A program made the position numbers and the translations under genes. A stretch of DNA of 64,000 nt from positions 3,118 to 67,117 of the forward strand of contig CAZHGQ010000004.1 of NCBI GenBank assembly GCA_964532205.1. The letters run 5' to 3'. Within the stretch, counting starts at the first letter, position 1. Each line of letters begins with the position of its first letter. Origin of the DNA: an uncultured Candidatus Saccharibacteria bacterium. Lineage in GTDB: Bacteria > Patescibacteriota > Minisyncoccia > Phycocordibacterales > JAKAEA01. The notes below the pieces were generated by a model. The model saw only the letters and a list, made by a program, of their open reading frames with translations, made no database searches and was not told the DNA's origin. Shown here one piece after another: positions 9,559-19,127 of this stretch.

Positions 9559-10533
9559 CTACAAGATTGAACCGTTAACAAAGAAAGAAACGGTGTACCA
9601 CAGACCGACCATGATCAATACGAGAATCAGTCCATAACTAACATGACGAACATTATGAGATTTAAAACCGGATCGCAAAATGCTACCAAATACAATTAAG
9701 AGCAGTATGCCGATGAGGTCATAGACGAGCGCCAGAATCATGCGCGGACTTGTCGCTGGGACTGCTAATGGATTTTGAGATATGTTTTCGGCAGCACCAA
9801 GTACTGCTGTTGTAGCCTCCACGACCGGCCACTCTTCATTCTTGACTGCAATTGGTGTAGTCGCTGGGGTGGTCGAAGCGCCAGTTACAGCCACAACATT
9901 CGGTTCAGCTTTTTTGGGCTTAGCCACTGTCGCGACAACCGGTGTCACTTCACCTTCTGGGGATGAACCAAACATCTGAACGACAAATGTGGTTTGGCGA
10001 CCTTCGTATATCCCATCCACAACAGCAATACCGACATGAGTGTATCGGCCATTCATAATATTAGCGCGATGAAGTGGTGAGTTAAGCCAAGCTTGATTGA
10101 CTGCTGAAGAATCAGAAAAATCAATAGCCAGATTTTCTCCGGCATACACAAAAGAATATCCGGCCTGAGAAATCCAGTACCACGGCGATGTACCATCCGG
10201 CGCATAATGCGCAAAGTAACTACGATTGATCATGTCCTGAGCCTTGGCTAAGGCGGCTTTTTCCAGACGTGGGTCAGTCACCAATGCCGGTAACCCTGCC
10301 CCAGCTCGATCCTGATTGGCTAACAATGTCAGAGCGGAAGCATAAACTGCAGCCGAATTTTGCTGGCCAATAAACAGATTTTTCTGGAAACCAATAACCA
10401 CGAATAAACAGATGATAATAATAAAAAGAACGGCCGCGCCAACTTCTGAAAGAAGTCTAGGCGCGAAGCCGTTCTTTTTATGTGAGAGAAATAAGTGTGA
10501 CAGGAAGCGTTTCATCCTGTTATTATTCCACAC
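9559..10533 (-). CDS. CAP/SCP-domain membrane protein
   Basis: YFAH, GENLA, WLNSPLHRANI motifs; TM helices at both ends. Confidence 0.9.
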   Translation of the reverse strand: MWNNNRMKRFLSHLFLSHKKNGFAPRLLSEVGAAVLFIIIICLFVVIGFQKNLFIGQQNSAAVYASALTLLANQDRAGAGLPALVTDPRLEKAALAKAQDMINRSYFAHYAPDGTSPWYWISQAGYSFVYAGENLAIDFSDSSAVNQAWLNSPLHRANIMNGRYTHVGIAVVDGIYEGRQTTFVVQMFGSSPEGEVTPVVATVAKPKKAEPNVVAVTGASTTPATTPIAVKNEEWPVVEATTAVLGAAENISQNPLAVPATSPRMILALVYDLIGILLLIVFGSILRSGFKSHNVRHVSYGLILVLIMVGLWYTVSFFVNGSIL

Positions 10534-10550
10534 TTTTATCCCCGATCAAA

Positions 10551-11780
10551 CTAGTTGAGGACAGGCATTGGACCTTGAGCACCTGGGCACACAATAGAGT
10601 TAATCTTCCAACGTGTTGTCTTGTAGACATAGCCAGTTGAAACATTTGCCTTACCGAGACCGACATCGGCCCATGGTTTCAAGACATCAACATTATTCTT
10701 GAGCTGGAAGGCATGAACTGCGGCCAATGTAGCTGCATCATACACACCATTAATCACAAGCTTAGTCTGTTCATGATCATTGAGGAATTTTTGTAAGAAA
10801 ACTACATCGTCAATGTTGTTTCTGCCGCCAAATTTAATGTAGCTATTGAGCATTGGACAGCTTGGACCAGTACTTGCACCGAGAACCGTGCCGCCAGTAC
10901 CACCAACATATCCTACATAGTTACCACCACCCGTTGCTGGAGGAGGTGTGTTATCAGATGCTGGAGCGTGGTAAGTATTTGTAATGGTACATGTAACCGG
11001 AGCCATACCTGCAGTGCCGCTACATGTGTCACTGAGTTCAAATGTGTAATGGGCTGATGCAGTAGTCGTTGCTTCAGTTACGGCAAAAGATTTGTTTCGA
11101 AGAACCATAAACGTACGGGTGCTTGAGGCTGCACCTGAGTAAACTTCTGAGCCATTTGATGTTACGTTGACAATAAAATCAGATGTAGAAGCAGTACCAC
11201 CAGACACAACAACCTGAACTGTAAGCTGGGTTTTTACTGGTGGACAACCTTTTGTGTCACCAAAGAATTTGCAGCATTCATTGTTATGATCATTACCAAA
11301 ATCCCATGGATCACAACAACGATCGTTACCATTACCGAAGTCACGTGAATCACAGCAGCGATCACCGCCATTACCAAAATCATGCGAATCGCAACATCGG
11401 TCATTGTTGCCAAAATCGTGACTGTCGCAACATCGGTCATCATTGCGACCAAAATTATCACGGTCACAACATTTATCATTACCACCACCGAAATCATTGT
11501 CATTGCAGCAGTTGTCATGATTACCAAATGAAGGACCGCAATTGTTACCACCGCCACCGCCACCGCCAAAAGATGCAACTGGCGAAGAGCCGCCCTCTGA
11601 GTCGACTGCCGGCCGTACATCATCTGCAATGGTTGTTTGAGTACCAATATCTGCAGAAATTTCTGTGCCGATTTGATCAACCACAGTTGCAGTCTGAGCC
11701 ATTGTTGCACCAGCGGGCAAAAAAGCTACCGCGAGTGTCATGTACACAGCTAAAGCCTGTACTGTTATGTGTTTTTTCAT
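10551..11780 (-). CDS. Secreted protein with a CC-repeat region, an Ig-like domain and a C-terminal peptidoglycan-binding-like domain
   Basis: Signal peptide; 8 CC pairs in DRCCDSxDFGN repeats; DVVFLQKFLN...GVYDAATLAAVHAFQ. Confidence 0.8.
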   Translation of the reverse strand: MKKHITVQALAVYMTLAVAFLPAGATMAQTATVVDQIGTEISADIGTQTTIADDVRPAVDSEGGSSPVASFGGGGGGGNNCGPSFGNHDNCCNDNDFGGGNDKCCDRDNFGRNDDRCCDSHDFGNNDRCCDSHDFGNGGDRCCDSRDFGNGNDRCCDPWDFGNDHNNECCKFFGDTKGCPPVKTQLTVQVVVSGGTASTSDFIVNVTSNGSEVYSGAASSTRTFMVLRNKSFAVTEATTTASAHYTFELSDTCSGTAGMAPVTCTITNTYHAPASDNTPPPATGGGNYVGYVGGTGGTVLGASTGPSCPMLNSYIKFGGRNNIDDVVFLQKFLNDHEQTKLVINGVYDAATLAAVHAFQLKNNVDVLKPWADVGLGKANVSTGYVYKTTRWKINSIVCPGAQGPMPVLN

Positions 11781-11879
11781 ATTAATTTATAAGTTAATAA
11801 AATACTTAACCGAGATGGGGTAAATATATAGCAAAGACGGCTGAAGTCAAGGATACATACAATAGCTAAAATCTGTATG

Positions 11880-11908
11880 AAAACTGCGGCCTTCGGCCGC
11901 AGTTTTTT
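11880..11908. terminator. Intrinsic terminator
   Basis: aaaactgcggcc-ttc-ggccgcagtttttt. Confidence 0.85.
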
Positions 11909-11914
11909 GACATA

Positions 11915-12403
11915 TTACATCTGAACAGGTGGTACTGGTGGAGGTGGTGGAGTCTGACTTGGAGGAACTATAATAATTGGTCCACCGAAGTAATATTCCT
12001 TAACCTGGAACAATATATAGAAACCAATGACTAGACCGATAATCATACCAACGATATTCATCATAACCAAACTACTCAAAGCACTCACCAACATACTATA
12101 GAAAGAGAAATTCCAGCCCTTTGGTGACGGCTTGAACAAACCCGGCAACGCAACAGCTTCGAGTACGAGCGCTACCACACTCAACAGGAGCGAGATATAC
12201 CAGCCACCTGAAAGACCACCATAAACGGCGTAAGGCATGACAGCACCCAAACCAAACAAAGCCAAGAGTGCAGGCAGACCGAACAAAATACTGATAATCA
12301 CAAGGTACGGAGCAACTTTGACGATGAACTCTTTACCACCCTTTGGCAACTGTGGAGCCTTTTTGCCAAAATACACATTCAATGTCTCAATTAATTGATT
12401 CAT
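11915..12403 (-). CDS. Hypothetical multi-pass membrane protein
   Basis: 162 aa, about 4 hydrophobic segments, Pro-rich tail. Confidence 0.8.
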   Translation of the reverse strand: MNQLIETLNVYFGKKAPQLPKGGKEFIVKVAPYLVIISILFGLPALLALFGLGAVMPYAVYGGLSGGWYISLLLSVVALVLEAVALPGLFKPSPKGWNFSFYSMLVSALSSLVMMNIVGMIIGLVIGFYILFQVKEYYFGGPIIIVPPSQTPPPPPVPPVQM

Positions 12404-12525
12404 AACATCTATTAGGTTTATAAACTAACCCCCTTATGATACACCATTGGTAGCTAAGCTCAACTGTCAGATTTTCCCTACCCTAGCGTCTCTATGCTTG
12501 CAGGTTTATACATTAAATAAATAAC

Positions 12526-12672
12526 ATGGATCAAGATAAACAACACAAAAACGATGATCAAAAAGATGAAGATATGATGAATGATGAGGATAAAGAAGAT
12601 AAGGATAAAAAAGATGATGAAGACGAAGATGAGGATGACACCGATTCTTCAGATGATTCGTCTGGAATGTAA
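12526..12672 (+). CDS. Small highly acidic protein (48 aa, not in the ORF track)
   Basis: MDQDKQHKNDDQKDEDMMNDEDKEDKDKKDDEDEDEDDTDSSDDSSGM; fills an intergenic gap and ends at a terminator. Confidence 0.6.
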   Translation: MDQDKQHKNDDQKDEDMMNDEDKEDKDKKDDEDEDEDDTDSSDDSSGM

Positions 12673-12703
12673 ACAAAAACCGCACATTGTGCGGTTTTTG
12701 TTT
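12671..12703. terminator. Bidirectional intrinsic terminator
   Basis: aaacaaaaaccgcac-att-gtgcggtttttgttt between convergent genes. Confidence 0.85.
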
Positions 12704-12704
12704 C

Positions 12705-13199
12705 CTACATACTCATTGGCATATGCGGTGAACGATACCCCATCAACTCGGGATTAAGCATACCGAAGATCATGGCAACATGCGCCACCACCAAGAAGAT
12801 GGCGACAAAGATTGCATGGAGTCGCAATTTTTCTTCCGAAGTTTTACCACGCGCTATTAGATTAAACTCAAGCAGCGAAATTCCGACTAATGGAATAACA
12901 CCCAATAAATAAAATCCAACCGCAATCACATCAGCCGGACCACGCCAGCCGCCAGACACAGTAAGTGGTACTACAGCATTGAAGAACAGATAGAAGAACA
13001 CTCCCAGAAAATAGATACCGACCAAAGCCCCAGCCCAACGATTTAAACTTTTTACCCAACCATCAACTGGCCGTTTAAAGAGAATATATAGTTCACTGAC
13101 AGCAATTGTTTCCGCCAAAATAACTGGTAACGCCATGAATATAATAAGATTCCATGGCTGATTTGAAGCTAAAAGCTCCATATAGTGAGTCATTGTCAT
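12705..13199 (-). CDS. DUF6803-like membrane protein
   Basis: N-terminal MTHYMELLASNQPWNLIIFMALPVILAET; 4 TM segments; Met/His-rich tail. Confidence 0.75.
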   Translation of the reverse strand: MTMTHYMELLASNQPWNLIIFMALPVILAETIAVSELYILFKRPVDGWVKSLNRWAGALVGIYFLGVFFYLFFNAVVPLTVSGGWRGPADVIAVGFYLLGVIPLVGISLLEFNLIARGKTSEEKLRLHAIFVAIFLVVAHVAMIFGMLNPELMGYRSPHMPMSM

Positions 13200-13228
13200 A
13201 GATACGTTAATTAATTAATAATAATTAA

Positions 13229-13609
13229 TTAACGGCAAGGACTATGTTCAAAAAGAGAGAGCCATCGGGAGATCAGCAAACGCTGTCCCACGTCCTTCGG
13301 CACGTCACCTGATTCAAAACAGAAAAGTGGTTGGAGTTTGAGGTAGCGTAACGAGTATTCATAAATAAACAGTGCCACCACAACAGTTAGCAGCAAAACC
13401 AAGAACAGGCTTGGTTGAACATTTGAAAATGACTGGTAGGCCGAAACGTGTTCAACACTCATTAGCACGCCCTGAGCAAAACAATCTACAGCAGAAGCCA
13501 TTACCCCACTCGACATTACATCATGATTGGGTTTTTCACACAGTGCAGTAAAACCAACCACAGAAATCGAGATGAAGATAAGAGTAAATAATATGACAAA
13601 CCACTTCAT
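13229..13609 (-). CDS. Small 2-TM protein ending RWLSLFEHSP (homolog of 21103..21720)
   Basis: TM - Cys/Met/His loop - TM - conserved C-terminal motif. Confidence 0.7.
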   Translation of the reverse strand: MKWFVILFTLIFISISVVGFTALCEKPNHDVMSSGVMASAVDCFAQGVLMSVEHVSAYQSFSNVQPSLFLVLLLTVVVALFIYEYSLRYLKLQPLFCFESGDVPKDVGQRLLISRWLSLFEHSPCR

Positions 13610-13703
13610 ACTTTCATCCTACTCTTTTTTTATGTTTTTTCAATGAAATGAAAAACCCCAAACACAAGTTCGGGGTTAAAGTATGGTCTTCATGGAAACC
13701 TCT

Positions 13704-14123
13704 CTAGGCAACCTTGGTACCACAACGCGGACAGAATGCGGCGTTGGTAGGAAACACAAGATCACACTTTGAACATGACAATTTTCTGAACATCTCAATG
13801 GAAGGAATCTTCTTTTGCTTTGCCCGGCATTCAGCAACACGCAGAAGATACTCTCTTACCTGTTGATGGTGTCCGAAAATTTTCGTATCGTTGCACCATT
13901 CTAAAATGTGACGCACCGACCAAAAATCGTACATCGACACGAGTTCTTTTGCCAAATATAACGCCCGCACATCGTGTGATGGCAATGATCTAATTTTCTG
14001 CAAGATGTCTATGGTCTTTTGGTGCCTTTTACCTAATTCAAACACGCACAAAAAAAGTGAAAGACCAAAATACCCACCCACACAGCACACGGTAACAACG
14101 AACCAATTCGGGAGCAAATCCAT
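13704..14123 (-). CDS. Hypothetical protein with N-terminal TM and C-terminal zinc ribbon
   Basis: Start moved to MDLLP after an AAAGGAG SD; CSKC...CPRCG. Confidence 0.7.
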   Translation of the reverse strand: MDLLPNWFVVTVCCVGGYFGLSLFLCVFELGKRHQKTIDILQKIRSLPSHDVRALYLAKELVSMYDFWSVRHILEWCNDTKIFGHHQQVREYLLRVAECRAKQKKIPSIEMFRKLSCSKCDLVFPTNAAFCPRCGTKVA

Positions 14124-14150
14124 GAGAACTCCTTTGTAAAATCTTCCGGT

Positions 14151-14178
14151 ATAATACAACTTATTTACAAAAAGTCAA
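14151..14178 (-). promoter_or_regulatory. Sigma70-like promoter
   Basis: TTGACT-N16-TATTAT upstream of 14123. Confidence 0.55.
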
Positions 14179-14180
14179 TA

Positions 14181-14606
14181 TCACTCCGCATCCCAAAATG
14201 TGCGGCCAGTTTTATAGGCTTCGATAGAATCATGAATTGTGGCAAAGAGCGGTTCGGGTAAATCAGTAAGATCGTACCAACCCCAATGCTCTAGTTTGTC
14301 CGGTTCAAGTACCTGTGGTTCACCCGACTGCCAATCCGCAATCAAACCAATGTGAACATAATGTTTTGGCGCATAACGTTTAATATTTGAAACATATAAA
14401 AAGCGCAGATTTTTTATCTCTATACCACACTCCTCCCCGATTTCTCGTAAGGCACATTCTTTATATGACTCCATGTATTCCAGGTGACCGCCGGGAAATG
14501 CATATTCACCCGAGCCATGTGAACCCTTGCGTTTGCCGAGCAAGACTTTACCGTCTTTTAGAATCATAATGCCTATACCGACGCGAGGTTTTGTTTCTTG
14601 ATTCAT
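14181..14606 (-). CDS. NUDIX hydrolase
   Basis: Nudix box GGHLEYMESYKECALREIGEECG. Confidence 0.93.
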   Translation of the reverse strand: MNQETKPRVGIGIMILKDGKVLLGKRKGSHGSGEYAFPGGHLEYMESYKECALREIGEECGIEIKNLRFLYVSNIKRYAPKHYVHIGLIADWQSGEPQVLEPDKLEHWGWYDLTDLPEPLFATIHDSIEAYKTGRTFWDAE

Positions 14607-14617
14607 GAAATCGGTGT

Positions 14618-14746
14618 TTAGGAAACTGTGATATTTTCAGCTTGTAATATGTAATTAACTAATGCTGGCACCCACTGCTTTTGAGTAATTAAAAGACCAA
14701 TGCCGATTATGATTAAAATGAGCAAGAAAATTCTTAAGGCTTTCAT
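14618..14746 (-). CDS. Small single-TM protein (42 aa, not in the ORF track)
   Basis: MKALRIFLLILIIIGIGLLITQKQWVPALVNYILQAENITVS. Confidence 0.6.
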   Translation of the reverse strand: MKALRIFLLILIIIGIGLLITQKQWVPALVNYILQAENITVS

Positions 14747-14894
14747 GGCATTAGTATATCAAAAGATAAATGGTTGGACACCGAAAGGTCCGGTATTCTG
14801 GAGATACTGTGTCACCAAACTTATATGAAATCTCTACAGGAAAGGCTTATGTACATTGGGAACCTTCAACAAAAAAACGCCGCAACGGAACCCG

Positions 14895-15401
14895 TCACAG
14901 CGTTTTGTGTTGAACCTTTCTGGTAACGATTAACCAATCAAGCGGGCCGCCATTGCCAACCTCCAACACCACCGAAAAACCTAACCCGCCTTTCTTTGTA
15001 TGCACTGCCATTGATCTTGTGTTGCTGCGTCTAATGCCCGCAACAAAATTTCGATATCCCATTTCCCAAACGACATTCTCAAATCTGCGAAAAAGGGTCG
15101 AGTACGTTCCACCCTTTCTCGAACCCCCGAGAACATATGCTTGGGCAATGAGGCAAGTCTCACAGAACTGATCGACATGAAGCAATTGTCTTGCCGCTTC
15201 TACGATCGGACGGAATATTTCTTCGGTTTCTGCCTCCTGAAGCGTGAGGCCAAGAATGTATCCGACCACAACTCCTGAATGGTTAAAGGTGCTTACTGGC
15301 TGGATAGCAAGCTTGGAAAGCAGATCTTCCCCGATTTGCCAATGAAAGATCCCTTCTTGAACAGCCTTTTGCTGCAACTCTAGAAGTGACAAAACAATCA
15401 C
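14895..15401 (-). CDS. Putative GNAT-fold acetyltransferase
   Basis: IAQAYV...RKGG...NTRSMAVH..GF pattern; AAAGGAGG SD. Confidence 0.55.
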   Translation of the reverse strand: MIVLSLLELQQKAVQEGIFHWQIGEDLLSKLAIQPVSTFNHSGVVVGYILGLTLQEAETEEIFRPIVEAARQLLHVDQFCETCLIAQAYVLGGSRKGGTYSTLFRRFENVVWEMGYRNFVAGIRRSNTRSMAVHTKKGGLGFSVVLEVGNGGPLDWLIVTRKVQHKTL

Positions 15402-15417
15402 CTCCTTTCGGATTTTG

Positions 15418-15445
15418 ATATTACAATATATTTATAAAAAGTCAA
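15418..15445 (-). promoter_or_regulatory. Sigma70-like promoter
   Basis: TTGACT-N16-TAATAT; 24/28 identical to the promoter at 14151-14178. Confidence 0.55.
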
Positions 15446-15451
15446 ACGGCT

Positions 15452-15458
15452 GGGTGCC
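15452..15458 (+). other. attL core of element A
   Basis: GGGTGCC followed by an in-frame integrase tail AVVEDVRTIFERRNDATIYIPDMQSIAVLA* (stop at 15546-15548). Confidence 0.8.
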
Positions 15459-15550
15459 GTCGTAGAGGATGTTAGAACTATTTTCGAGAGAAGGAATGAT
15501 GCGACGATCTACATTCCTGACATGCAAAGTATAGCAGTTTTAGCTTAATT

Positions 15551-15620
15551 CGGCTCTTTTTGGCTCTTTTTGGCCTAATCTGGCCTAGCGTTAGGGCAAT
15601 TTAGGGCAAAATAGGGCAAA
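15551..15620. repeat. 10-bp-period iteron-like array near the left end of element A
   Basis: cggctctttt tggctctttt tggcctaatc tggcctagcg ttagggcaat ttagggcaaa atagggcaaa. Confidence 0.7.
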
Positions 15621-15635
15621 AAAGAACACTTTTTA

Positions 15636-17609
15636 CTAGCTTTCATCAATGGCTTTAATGATTTCGAACACCCTCCCCACCTCCTTTTCCTTGGCTAAGT
15701 AGTCAGCGTACATTTTGTGCGCATTTTGAATTAGCTCCTGATAAAGCACTACTCGGATGTTCTTTACTGCCAGAGATTTTGCTGACTCTTCTCTTTTTTG
15801 TGCATTTTTCCAATCGGAAAGATTCTTCCCCACAATACAAACCACTTCAACCGGTTCTTTGGTGTTGGCCTTATCAAGGATTTCTAAAAGCTTGTCCCTG
15901 TATTTTTCTACTTGTCCCAGTAATTCTGAAGTACTAACTGTTCGGTCTGGCCTCTTTAATTCAATTATAATGTGTTTACCGGCTGAATTCTTATATCGAA
16001 TATCAACACGGCCATCTTTCTCATCACCTTTTGCCTTGGCGTTTAATTTATTAAAAGCTGTCTTTACTTGCTGTTCAAGATACGGTGCTTCTGTAGCTCG
16101 GTCCCAAGAAGGATCAAGTAACCAGAGATTATCGTAGAGATGTTGCTGCACTACTTTCTCAAGAGCATTATCCTCAACTTTCTCCTGAAGGGCCTTAATA
16201 ACAACCACCCTGGCTTTCGTGATTTGGTGATACAAAGTTGCTTCTATGTCATTATGCTCACTAAAAATCTGTGTGAACAAAGCCACATTTGAAGGGTCCA
16301 TATTTTCGAGTGCATCAAGATTTTCTCTGTAATTCAGAGTCTCGAATGCAAGAATAGCATGCTTGAACAATGTCTTTCGCTGGTCATCTGACTCAAGTGT
16401 GAGCTGATTGATTTTTCCGAATAGTGACTCAGCTTTTTTCTTTTTATCTCCCTTCAGACCGGAGAACCATTGTCTTATGACCTTGTTTTCTGTCGCCTTT
16501 TTGACACCCTCTCTGTTTCTTAGGTCAGTCCACTTTGATTGTACGTACTTCAACTCCCCATTGATGAAAGCTAGCAATTCCTTATATCTTGGATCGTCGT
16601 TTATTATGCTTTGTCTACTTGTAGTTGCGATATCTTCTTCATCGTCAGTATCCAAAAAATCAGCGTGGATTTCTCCAATTATATATTTGGTATACATTCC
16701 ACCTTCGGCGAAACTTTCCATGATATCTTCCTGAGCAAGCTTTCCACGAACCATCACTACAATCTTGTTGAGATTGTCTTCGCCATCTTTCAAATCGCCC
16801 GAGGAATTGACGGTACCAATCCAACCAGTTACCTTCACTTTTTTACCTTTGATTGTCAGCTCACCATCTCTTTTTTCCTTGTGTTCTGCTTTTTCAGAAC
16901 AGTGATCGGCATATTGTTTGCTGGCCGAACCGAAATACCAAATATATTGAAGTTTATGAAAATAATCCCGATCAGTGATTTTTACTTCGGAAGAATTAAT
17001 GAGGACGGAAAACTTATTTTCACTTCCAAGAATACTGAAGCGTCTTGCCACTCTCTTTTTTAGAGCTTCGTCTGTACCCTCAGTCACATTCCTCTTGAGT
17101 TCAGAGATCGTTATTCTTGTACCATTCTTTGTAAGAGATATATTTTTAGGGTCTATAGGCACAGGATGATACGTGCCCATACCTCCAGAAGCTTCCAACT
17201 GCTTCTCGATTTCACTTGCTATCAAAACAAGACCGTTCTTCTCACCATCCTTGTAAGTTTCAATTTCAATTTTATTAGCTATAGAAAACAGAGACAGTTT
17301 TCCGATGCCCTTTCGACCCATAACAGGTCGCTTATATTTTTTGGTAACTGACATACCAGCTTTCCTTCGGTCATATCCAACTGTAAGGTATTTATCATTG
17401 ATGTCATCGAGAGACATGCCATGTCCGTCGTCCTGAATCAATATTTTTTCTTTTTCTGTGGAAATCTCAACCTTAGTCGCATCGGCATCCCAAGCATTCG
17501 CAACTACCTCGGACAAAACCGCAGGGACGTTACTGTACAATTTTATACCTAAGTGATTGAGTACATTTAGGCTAATTTTAATTTGATATTTTTTGTCGTT
17601 CTTTTCCAT
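15636..17609 (-). CDS. GHKL (HATPase_c) ATPase fused to a PD-(D/E)xK nuclease; restriction endonuclease (BbrUII/HgiDII-like)
   Basis: EVVANAWDADA, DDGHGM, GRKGIGKLS; C-terminal RVDI...IIIELKR; overlaps the MTase. Confidence 0.85.
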   Translation of the reverse strand: MEKNDKKYQIKISLNVLNHLGIKLYSNVPAVLSEVVANAWDADATKVEISTEKEKILIQDDGHGMSLDDINDKYLTVGYDRRKAGMSVTKKYKRPVMGRKGIGKLSLFSIANKIEIETYKDGEKNGLVLIASEIEKQLEASGGMGTYHPVPIDPKNISLTKNGTRITISELKRNVTEGTDEALKKRVARRFSILGSENKFSVLINSSEVKITDRDYFHKLQYIWYFGSASKQYADHCSEKAEHKEKRDGELTIKGKKVKVTGWIGTVNSSGDLKDGEDNLNKIVVMVRGKLAQEDIMESFAEGGMYTKYIIGEIHADFLDTDDEEDIATTSRQSIINDDPRYKELLAFINGELKYVQSKWTDLRNREGVKKATENKVIRQWFSGLKGDKKKKAESLFGKINQLTLESDDQRKTLFKHAILAFETLNYRENLDALENMDPSNVALFTQIFSEHNDIEATLYHQITKARVVVIKALQEKVEDNALEKVVQQHLYDNLWLLDPSWDRATEAPYLEQQVKTAFNKLNAKAKGDEKDGRVDIRYKNSAGKHIIIELKRPDRTVSTSELLGQVEKYRDKLLEILDKANTKEPVEVVCIVGKNLSDWKNAQKREESAKSLAVKNIRVVLYQELIQNAHKMYADYLAKEKEVGRVFEIIKAIDES

Positions 17610-18666
17610 TTTTCTGTAGATGCTGTTTTATACTTTGACCTATCACTTCTCCCAATCTGACAGGGACCGCATTACCAATAAATTTTGCCACTTGAGCAAC
17701 AATAATTGGTTTGTTTGTAGGGACAAACTGGTAATCTTTGGGGAATGTTTGGAATATCGCTGCCTCACGAAGACTTATGGCTCTATTCTGCTTTGGATGA
17801 CCGAATCTACCATTTCCAAGGCCTACACACTGAGTTGTCATGGTAGGTGCAGGCTCATCCCACCTCATTCGCCCATATACAGTACTACTGTAGGTCTTTC
17901 CTGATTCTTTCTTGTGGCACTCTAACATCAAATCGTCAGACCAGCTATCTGAATTGCCTCCATCATGAGGAGTAGCTTTAATACGTCTCAAATTAACTGG
18001 GGCAAGCTTTCGTGATCGATGTAAGGGGTCTTTTTTGCTTGTCTCTCCATCTTTGATTGGTTCAAGGTCTTTAATAACATCTCGAACAGTGACTCGATTA
18101 TCCTTATGAGTTCTTTTAATCAAGGAAATCTCACCAAGCTTGGAAGCAAGTAGAACTAATCTTCGGCGTCTTTGTGGTACTCCAAATTCTGATACATCCA
18201 CAACTTCATATTTATATTTATATCCATTATCTTCCAAAGTCTTAAGGAAATTTGCGAAAACAGGATATTTATTAGTGTCTGCTAGGCCGCTTACATTTTC
18301 CATAGAAACAACATCCGGTTGAGTCTGCGCAATAAGTTGGGCAAACTTTCCCAATGGCTCAAGTTGCTTTTGTGTGACCTCTTTTAAATTTAATTTCGAG
18401 AAGGGCTGACAAGGTGCGCAACCTGCAAGTACTCGAATTGAATCTTTTTTTGAACCAAACAATTCATTCACTTGATCGGCTGTAACCTTGAGAATATCCT
18501 TGTCGATAAATTTTGTTTTGTTGTTGTATTCGTATCCGAATTTACACGACGAATCGTTATCAATACCGGCCACAACGTCTAAACCTTCCTTTATGAGACC
18601 ATGGGTCAAACCGCCAATACCGCAGAATAAATCAATGACTTTAATTTTTTTACGATTTGAGCTCAT
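17578..18666 (-). CDS. DNA (cytosine-5) methyltransferase
   Basis: DLFCGIGG, APCQPFS, ENV, QRRRR, GNAVP motifs; start moved to MSSNRKK. Confidence 0.95.
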   Translation of the reverse strand: MSSNRKKIKVIDLFCGIGGLTHGLIKEGLDVVAGIDNDSSCKFGYEYNNKTKFIDKDILKVTADQVNELFGSKKDSIRVLAGCAPCQPFSKLNLKEVTQKQLEPLGKFAQLIAQTQPDVVSMENVSGLADTNKYPVFANFLKTLEDNGYKYKYEVVDVSEFGVPQRRRRLVLLASKLGEISLIKRTHKDNRVTVRDVIKDLEPIKDGETSKKDPLHRSRKLAPVNLRRIKATPHDGGNSDSWSDDLMLECHKKESGKTYSSTVYGRMRWDEPAPTMTTQCVGLGNGRFGHPKQNRAISLREAAIFQTFPKDYQFVPTNKPIIVAQVAKFIGNAVPVRLGEVIGQSIKQHLQKNGKERQKISN

Positions 18667-18724
18667 TAGTAACACTATTATAATCCGAAAACGCTTAATT
18701 GACGATCCGAAGTGTAACAAAAGG

Positions 18725-19114
18725 CTAACCCTGAAACTCCACCTCAAACGGATACATTCCCATTCCGCAGGTTCCTTGGAGTGTGCCGAGTTTACCTTCA
18801 CCAATGTCAACATCAGTTGATCCTGTTTGCGGGAGTGATTTGCTTATGCCAAGACTTGGAATACGGACTGAGGATGAGCAGTCGAAAGTTCCTTTTGTGT
18901 TGAATCGAATAATAGTTGGAATACCTGCCTTAGCAATACTCTTTCGTGGTTGGTAGCCACCCCTCGCAGTTATTTCAATAATCTGCTTTCCATCAACAAT
19001 GCTGACATTGTTGGCATTTGCTACTTGTCCAGTGTCACCACTGCTTTTTGTGAGCATAAAAGCTCCCCCGATGAGGAGTATCGCTACCATAATTGAGATG
19101 ATAGTTGCTTTCAT
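18725..19114 (-). CDS. Cupredoxin-domain protein
   Basis: GGYQP...DCSS...TCGMGM; N-terminal TM; start moved to MKATII. Confidence 0.85.
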   Translation of the reverse strand: MKATIISIMVAILLIGGAFMLTKSSGDTGQVANANNVSIVDGKQIIEITARGGYQPRKSIAKAGIPTIIRFNTKGTFDCSSSVRIPSLGISKSLPQTGSTDVDIGEGKLGTLQGTCGMGMYPFEVEFQG

Positions 19115-19127
19115 AATTGGAATTATA

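Noticed and set aside
11240-11785. His/Arg-rich plus-strand ORF
   Set aside because: Antisense shadow of the CC-repeat gene
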